Below, in pieces: positions 59,178 to 64,000 of a stretch of 64,000 bases of DNA. The stretch lies in NCBI GenBank assembly GCA_964349125.1, contig CAYGFH010000001.1, positions 708,801-772,800 on the forward strand, in the 5' to 3' direction. The notes beneath the pieces were generated by a model, which made no database searches, was not told where the DNA came from, and worked only from the letters and a program-made list of their open reading frames with translations. This DNA is from an uncultured Gammaproteobacteria bacterium. Lineage in GTDB: Bacteria; Patescibacteriota; Microgenomatia; UBA10105; UBA927. Position numbers and translations under genes: made by a program. Positions within the stretch are counted from its first letter, which is position 1. The number at the start of each line of letters is the position of its first letter.

Positions 59178-60173
59178 ATGAACCGACTGCTGATTATAGA
59201 CGGTAACGCAATGATGCATCGCGCGTATCATGCAATTCCACCCCTGACCGCTCCGGATGGCAGTGTGGTAAATGTAGTGTATGGGTTTGCAACTATGTTG
59301 TTACGCCTGTATGAAGTATTGGCTCCGCACTATGTGGCCGTCACATTCGATAGGCCATCACCAACATTTCGTAAAAAACTTTTTACCGGATATCAGTCGA
59401 AGCGCCCAAAAATGGAGGAGACTCTCGTGGAGCAAATCCCGAAAGTACACGCAATGGTCGAAGCTTTTGATATTCCTATTTTTGAAAAAGACGGATTCGA
59501 AGCGGATGACGTAATCGGAACATTGGCAACCAAGGTTATTTCTGGAAAAGTAAAAAATATTCAGGTTGACCAGGTTGTTATCGTCACAGGAGATAGGGAT
59601 ATATTGCAATTGGTTAATGGCGAACACATTATGGTGTACATGCCAACAAAAGGGTTATCAGAAGGGAAGATATATCAGGACATCGATGTGGTGGCGAGAC
59701 TCGGAATACAACCGAATCAAATCACTGATTACAAGGGATTAGCGGGGGATAGTTCCGATAATTATCCGGGCGTAGCTGGTATCGGACCAAAAACTGCAAT
59801 AGCACTGCTTGAAACATTCGGAACTGTAGAAACGTTATATACCGCATTGAAAAAACATGATGCAAAACTAAACCAGTTTAGCGGCTCGGTCATACAGAAA
59901 TTAAAAGCAGATGAACACAATGCCCGGTTATCCAAAGACCTTGCAACGATCCGGACAAATGTGGAATTCCCGATAGCATTATCTCCGATTACCTCACTCA
60001 ACACGAAAAAATCCCGGATGGCACTATCAGCATTTCATTTTCATTCACTCTTAAAGCGGATGGGTGTCACATCTATGACCAGTGAATCAGACACGCCCAA
60101 AATCGAAACCATAACCTCAGCTGCAGACCAACAGAAAGTAAAATCCAGAGGGGAGCAACAGGAATTATTTTAA
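59178..60173 (+). CDS. stand-alone 5'-3' exonuclease (Pol I N-terminal/FEN-like domain, no polymerase domain)
   Basis: LLIIDGNAMMHRAYHAIPP, TGDRDILQL and GVAGIGPKTA (H3TH). Ends at 332 aa with no Klenow domain following. Start chosen at the internal Met. Confidence 0.85.
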   Translation: MNRLLIIDGNAMMHRAYHAIPPLTAPDGSVVNVVYGFATMLLRLYEVLAPHYVAVTFDRPSPTFRKKLFTGYQSKRPKMEETLVEQIPKVHAMVEAFDIPIFEKDGFEADDVIGTLATKVISGKVKNIQVDQVVIVTGDRDILQLVNGEHIMVYMPTKGLSEGKIYQDIDVVARLGIQPNQITDYKGLAGDSSDNYPGVAGIGPKTAIALLETFGTVETLYTALKKHDAKLNQFSGSVIQKLKADEHNARLSKDLATIRTNVEFPIALSPITSLNTKKSRMALSAFHFHSLLKRMGVTSMTSESDTPKIETITSAADQQKVKSRGEQQELF

Positions 60174-60179
60174 TTCACT

Positions 60180-61274
60180 ATGAGAGTAGCATTAGTTCAT
60201 GACCAGTTAAATGAATTCGGAGGAGCTGAGCGCGTACTCCTGGCGCTTAGTACTCTGTATCCAGACGCTCCGATTTATACGGCATATTGCAAAAAAGGAT
60301 CTCCTGCATGGGAGCGGTTTAAGCATAAAAATATCAGGGTCTCCTGGGCGCACTATATACCCGGGTTTGTGACACGATTTCACAGTCCGCTTCGCTTCTT
60401 AGCGCCTCTTATATGGAACTCATTTGATTTTTCTTCATACGATATCGTAATAGGATCATCCAGTTGGTACGTAACAAAAGGATTCGCAAAAAAGGGAAAA
60501 GCTGTTGAAATTTGCTATTGTCATACACCACCCAGATGGCTGTACGGGTATCCGACATCTGTAAATTGGCAACGATACCCAATAGTTCGTGCATACGCAG
60601 CAATAGTCGGATTTTTTATGCGGCAATATGATTATCACGCAGCGCAGCGAGTGGATGTGTTTGTAGCGAATTCCAGGGAAACGCAGCGGAGAATTAGTAA
60701 ATTTTATCGAAGAGAATCGACAGTCATCTACCCACCAATCAATGTACCCAGTATTCACAGTTCACAGTTAACGGTTAACGGTTCACGAGACTACTATCTT
60801 TTTGTCTCTCGAGATGTTGGAGGTAAAGGCTTAGAGCTAGCTGTAGCGGTGGCAAAAAAACTAGGTTTCAAGCTGAAAGTTGTAGGCAGAAGCGGTGTGG
60901 ATGACTCCAATACAGAGTATTTGGGTATAGTAACTGATGATGTTCTGGCTTCATTGTATTCCGGTGCCAAAGCATTTTTAGCATTGGCGACACATGAGGA
61001 TTTTGGAATGACGCCAGTTGAATCAATGAGCTTTGGGACACCTGTAATTGCGTACAATGGAGGAGGATACGCAGAATCAGTGATCGACGGAAAGACCGGG
61101 ATATTATTCAGTGAATACTCTGTGCAAGGGTTATCTGTGGCTATATATCGGTTTGAGCGTGTGAAAAAAGAATGGGGTCGTGCCTGCAAAGATACTGCAC
61201 GAATGTTTAATACAGACAGATTTGTTACGGAAATACAAGATATTGTGGCCGGCTGTGTTCCACCTGACCATTAA
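60180..61274 (+). CDS. glycosyltransferase family 4
   Basis: EDFGMTPVESMSFGTPVIAYNGGGYAESVIDGKTGILF is the GT4 EX7E region. Confidence 0.85.
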   Translation: MRVALVHDQLNEFGGAERVLLALSTLYPDAPIYTAYCKKGSPAWERFKHKNIRVSWAHYIPGFVTRFHSPLRFLAPLIWNSFDFSSYDIVIGSSSWYVTKGFAKKGKAVEICYCHTPPRWLYGYPTSVNWQRYPIVRAYAAIVGFFMRQYDYHAAQRVDVFVANSRETQRRISKFYRRESTVIYPPINVPSIHSSQLTVNGSRDYYLFVSRDVGGKGLELAVAVAKKLGFKLKVVGRSGVDDSNTEYLGIVTDDVLASLYSGAKAFLALATHEDFGMTPVESMSFGTPVIAYNGGGYAESVIDGKTGILFSEYSVQGLSVAIYRFERVKKEWGRACKDTARMFNTDRFVTEIQDIVAGCVPPDH

Positions 61275-61657
61275 CCAACCGGATTTAACCCGATACGAAT
61301 CCTTTGTGATCTACAGGTTGTGTGTCCGATCGTGACCTCCGAGCAAATTCCCGGTCTTTTTACTTTTCCATATATCTCACAATTCATTGTTGAGCTATCC
61401 AGATACGGACAGGACCCTCTGATATATATGTATACGGATTTGCGAGTATTTTTCCCGTCATCTATAACATATATTCCTTGATTCAAGAAAGCGACTTCAT
61501 CAAGATTAGATACCTCAAATTGATTGGGATTGAGTGTCGTGTATCGTTGGCCATCCAGGAATCGGTTCGCCTCTGTTTCTGACAGCTCCAGTGTGATGTT
61601 TCTGCAACAAGCAGCAGGACATCCAAGTGCCGCACACGCATTTTCATGATTTGCCAT
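61271..61657 (-). CDS. YkgJ-family (UPF0153) Cys-cluster Zn/Fe-binding protein
   Basis: CAALGCPAACC...GSCPYLDSSTMNCEIYGKVKRPGICSE fits the CxxCGxCC...CPFL...CxIY...RP..C pattern. Start set at the internal Met(61657), because the longer ORF to 61903 would overlap the ABC ATPase start. Confidence 0.55.
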   Translation of the reverse strand: MANHENACAALGCPAACCRNITLELSETEANRFLDGQRYTTLNPNQFEVSNLDEVAFLNQGIYVIDDGKNTRKSVYIYIRGSCPYLDSSTMNCEIYGKVKRPGICSEVTIGHTTCRSQRIRIGLNPVG

Positions 61658-61709
61658 AGCAGAGCGAATTGTACCCGAAATCTTACAATAGTCAATTTTT
61701 CGCGATATA

Positions 61710-62651
61710 ATGCTATATATGGCACAAGTAATATTGGATGTATCACATCTAAAAAAGCTATATGACTCATTTGTTGCTGTCGATGACATCTCATTTACTA
61801 TCCACGAAGGAGAAATAGTAGGACTGCTTGGTCCGAACGGGGCAGGGAAGACGACCACAATACAAATGCTGTTAGGGTTAACCCAGCCAACATCTGGGAC
61901 CATTTCTTTTTTCGGAAAAGATCTGGCACATCATCGGGAAGAAATTTTTAGGAAGATAAATTTCGTTTCTGCATTTTCTGGTATGCAAACGCGGGTAACG
62001 GTGAGGGAGAATCTTGAAGTATATGCCGGATTATTTTCGGTAGAGAATTGGAAGGAGAAAATAGAGGAATTGTCCATTATATTAGGTGTGTCGGATAAGT
62101 TGGACACATTATATTGGCATTTATCTTCAGGTCAACGGACACGGGTAAATCTGGTCAAATCGTTCCTGAACAGTCCGAGACTCATTCTGATGGACGAGCC
62201 GACAGCGAGTTTAGATCCTGAGGTGGTCAACATAGTGTTGAAGCTCATAGAAGACATGCGAAAGAGAGAGGGTGTGGCAGTGTTGTATACAAGTCACAAT
62301 ATGGGCGAGGTGACCCGTATTTGTGATGAAGTAATTTTTTTGCATCACGGAAAAATTATTGCGATGGACACACCACTTGGGCTTACACAGCGTGTTGGCA
62401 CTGCGCTTCTTCGGCTTACCTTTACAGGTGGGAGAAAACCGGTAGAAACGTATCTAAGCAGAGAATCACATCGGTATACGATCGATTCACCGCACACGGT
62501 TGAGATTTCCATAGATGAGTCCCGTATTCCGAAAGTGCTGTTTGGATTTTCAAAGGAAAAGATATTGATAACAGATATTGAAATCGAGAAGCCAAACTTG
62601 GAAGATGTATTTCTGGCGGTTGCAGAGAAAGGAATTCATGCGCTTACATAG
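61710..62651 (+). CDS. ABC transporter ATP-binding protein (ABC-2 subfamily)
   Basis: Walker A GLLGPNGAGKTTT, signature LSSGQRTRV and Walker B LILMDEPTASLD. Confidence 0.85.
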   Translation: MLYMAQVILDVSHLKKLYDSFVAVDDISFTIHEGEIVGLLGPNGAGKTTTIQMLLGLTQPTSGTISFFGKDLAHHREEIFRKINFVSAFSGMQTRVTVRENLEVYAGLFSVENWKEKIEELSIILGVSDKLDTLYWHLSSGQRTRVNLVKSFLNSPRLILMDEPTASLDPEVVNIVLKLIEDMRKREGVAVLYTSHNMGEVTRICDEVIFLHHGKIIAMDTPLGLTQRVGTALLRLTFTGGRKPVETYLSRESHRYTIDSPHTVEISIDESRIPKVLFGFSKEKILITDIEIEKPNLEDVFLAVAEKGIHALT

Positions 62652-63423
62652 GATCAGATCTGTCGTGCTGCATGCTTGGCATCATATGCTCCATAGCCGG
62701 GAAACCTGGATAGATATAGGATGGTTTCCTGTTGTGACGACGCTCTCTATCGGAGGGTTAACGACATATATATCCCGTCAAAATGGCTCAACGGAATCGC
62801 TATTCCCACTTGTAGCAATAGTGATGTGGTATGCAATCGAGGTAGGGAATTACTCCATTGCCATTGGTGCGCTATGGGAAATTTGGGCGAGAAGCTTTAG
62901 CAGTCTATTTATTTCGCCACTAACTGTGGAAGAGTTTGTTGCCGGTCATATACTTTTTAGTATTTTTAAACAAGTGATTATCGTCGGGCTGTTGTCACTG
63001 ATTACCACCGTGTTATTCGGGATATCACCGATAATATTCGGGTATATGCTCCCACTGTATTTGGTACTGCTTGCGATTTACGGTTGGGGATTTGGTATGT
63101 TTGTCTTTGGATTAATTCTGCGATTTGGTACCGGGTTGCAATCGTTGGCATGGGGATTGGTCGTAGGGCTACAGCCGCTTATCGGTATATATTATCCGCT
63201 TGATGTAGTACCTCCTGTACTTAGAGTATTGTCCGACAGTATTTCACCCTCTCATGTTTTTAGATCAGCACGGTCTCAAATAGCAGGTGGAGAGCCTCTA
63301 TGGGATGCTATTGGCACTGCACTTATTCTTGATATAATGACTGCTATTATGGGATATATATTTATGAAGGCTATGTGGAAACGGGCTCGCGAGCAGGGCA
63401 CGTTGGCCCGAATGGAGGAATAA
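62638..63423 (+). CDS. ABC-2 type transporter permease
   Basis: 6-TM permease. Start at ATG(62638), overlapping the ATPase stop by 14 nt. GAGAAAGGA lies upstream. Confidence 0.7.
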   Translation: MRLHRIRSVVLHAWHHMLHSRETWIDIGWFPVVTTLSIGGLTTYISRQNGSTESLFPLVAIVMWYAIEVGNYSIAIGALWEIWARSFSSLFISPLTVEEFVAGHILFSIFKQVIIVGLLSLITTVLFGISPIIFGYMLPLYLVLLAIYGWGFGMFVFGLILRFGTGLQSLAWGLVVGLQPLIGIYYPLDVVPPVLRVLSDSISPSHVFRSARSQIAGGEPLWDAIGTALILDIMTAIMGYIFMKAMWKRAREQGTLARMEE

Positions 63424-63427
63424 CCAT

Positions 63428-64000
63428 ATGGTAGTAGAAGAAAATCAAACAATATATCGAACAAGATCTCCACTACATCAGGAGCGTAACAAATCTCAAA
63501 GACTTCTTGAACTTGATCTGATACCACCGCTTGTTGAATTTAGTGATATATTCACTCGTCCTGAGTTTTCATTTCTTCGGGATTCAGCAGAAATAGATTT
63601 GGATATCCGGTATAAAGATCAATGGGATTTTCTCGCGACAACAATAAAAGAAAAGAATGGAGATGTTGATGAAGCGCGCCGAAAAACAGTCGAATCGCTT
63701 ATGATATACAATTTTTCGTCACTTCTTGCTAACGAAGTGTTAATATCTATTACGCAAGGAGATACTGGTCCTTCGGATTTTGGCAATTTTGTACGAAGGG
63801 CGCTCGTTAGTGTTCCGGCATTTCCTCATGGTGATGTGCATACCCGAAATATAGATGCTACTCAAAAATTAAATATTATCATGACAGCCGCAACTACAGA
63901 TGATCAAAGCGGTTTGTTCACATTTGCAGCGGGACTTAAGCCGATTTTTCATGATTTCCCACAAGCGCTTATGGAGTATAAAAAATCCTTAATTTCACCT
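63428..64000 (+). CDS. hypothetical protein, N-terminal 191 codons; continues beyond window
   Basis: Manual translation from ATG(63428) (MVVEENQTIYRTRSPLHQ...) has no stop to position 64000. Absent from the ORF track because it is edge-truncated. Confidence 0.45.
   Translation, partial: MVVEENQTIYRTRSPLHQERNKSQRLLELDLIPPLVEFSDIFTRPEFSFLRDSAEIDLDIRYKDQWDFLATTIKEKNGDVDEARRKTVESLMIYNFSSLLANEVLISITQGDTGPSDFGNFVRRALVSVPAFPHGDVHTRNIDATQKLNIIMTAATTDDQSGLFTFAAGLKPIFHDFPQALMEYKKSLISP

Noticed and set aside
60754-60785. Short tandem heptamers (ttcacag x2, ttaacgg x2) inside the GT4 gene
   Set aside because: Only two copies each, in frame within a confident CDS. Likely chance low-complexity, not a repeat element or CRISPR.
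61658-61903. N-terminal extension of the YkgJ-like ORF (61271..61903 in the ORF track)
   Set aside because: It would overlap the ABC ATPase gene start on the opposite strand. The extension is low-complexity and not needed for the YkgJ motif set.
1-64000. CRISPR arrays, rRNA genes, IS elements or transposases
   Set aside because: No regularly spaced direct repeats, no rRNA-like conserved blocks, and no transposase-like ORFs were seen on either strand.

Overview
AT-rich, tightly packed bacterial chromosome segment (about 40% GC) with mostly short intergenic gaps. The gene content suggests a reduced-genome Candidate Phyla Radiation (Patescibacteria)-type organism: a DUF4012 giant protein, a stand-alone Pol I 5'-3' exonuclease, a stand-alone TrpB2, and many glycan genes. 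Layout: (i) 1-19.3 kb is a cell-surface glycan biosynthesis/export island with GT2/GT4/GT8 glycosyltransferases, an O-antigen ligase-like protein, a DegT aminotransferase plus Gfo/Idh/MocA oxidoreductase, an FAD oxidoreductase, a GT-C-like membrane protein, a UbiA-family transferase, a radical SAM/SPASM protein, a Wzm/Wzt-type ABC exporter and an initiating sugar-phosphate transferase. (ii) 19.3-27.1 kb holds an orphan 1085-aa protein, then a divergent three-gene operon of membrane/secreted proteins that ends in a Cys-rich beta-helix protein with visibly higher GC. (iii) 27.1-32.6 kb is the conserved rpmH-rnpA-yidD-yidC-jag block, followed by a second O-antigen ligase-like gene, a Wzx-like flippase and rnhA. 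(iv) 32.8-47.2 kb is housekeeping: DUF4012, L25, cyclophilin, epmA-yggS-efp, a phosphodiester glycosidase, valS, a Xer-like recombinase, an FtsB-like protein and tRNA(CAT). (v) 47.2-51.8 kb is a tryptophan module: a TrpR-like regulator with an E. coli trpO-like palindromic operator in its promoter, a stand-alone TrpB2, a small DnaJ-type zinc-finger membrane protein, and a TrpRS with an unusual N-terminal YbaK-like deacylase domain and a C-terminal Trbp111-like tRNA-binding domain. (vi) 51.8-64 kb has a two-component module, a DMT transporter, a stand-alone DUF2156 protein, speH, ftsH, a 5'-3' exonuclease, a GT4 glycosyltransferase, a YkgJ-like Cys protein and an ABC-2 transporter. Two edge-truncated CDSs, rpmH and several RNA/regulatory elements are absent from the ORF track and were found by reading the sequence directly. 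No CRISPR array, rRNA or obvious transposon was seen.
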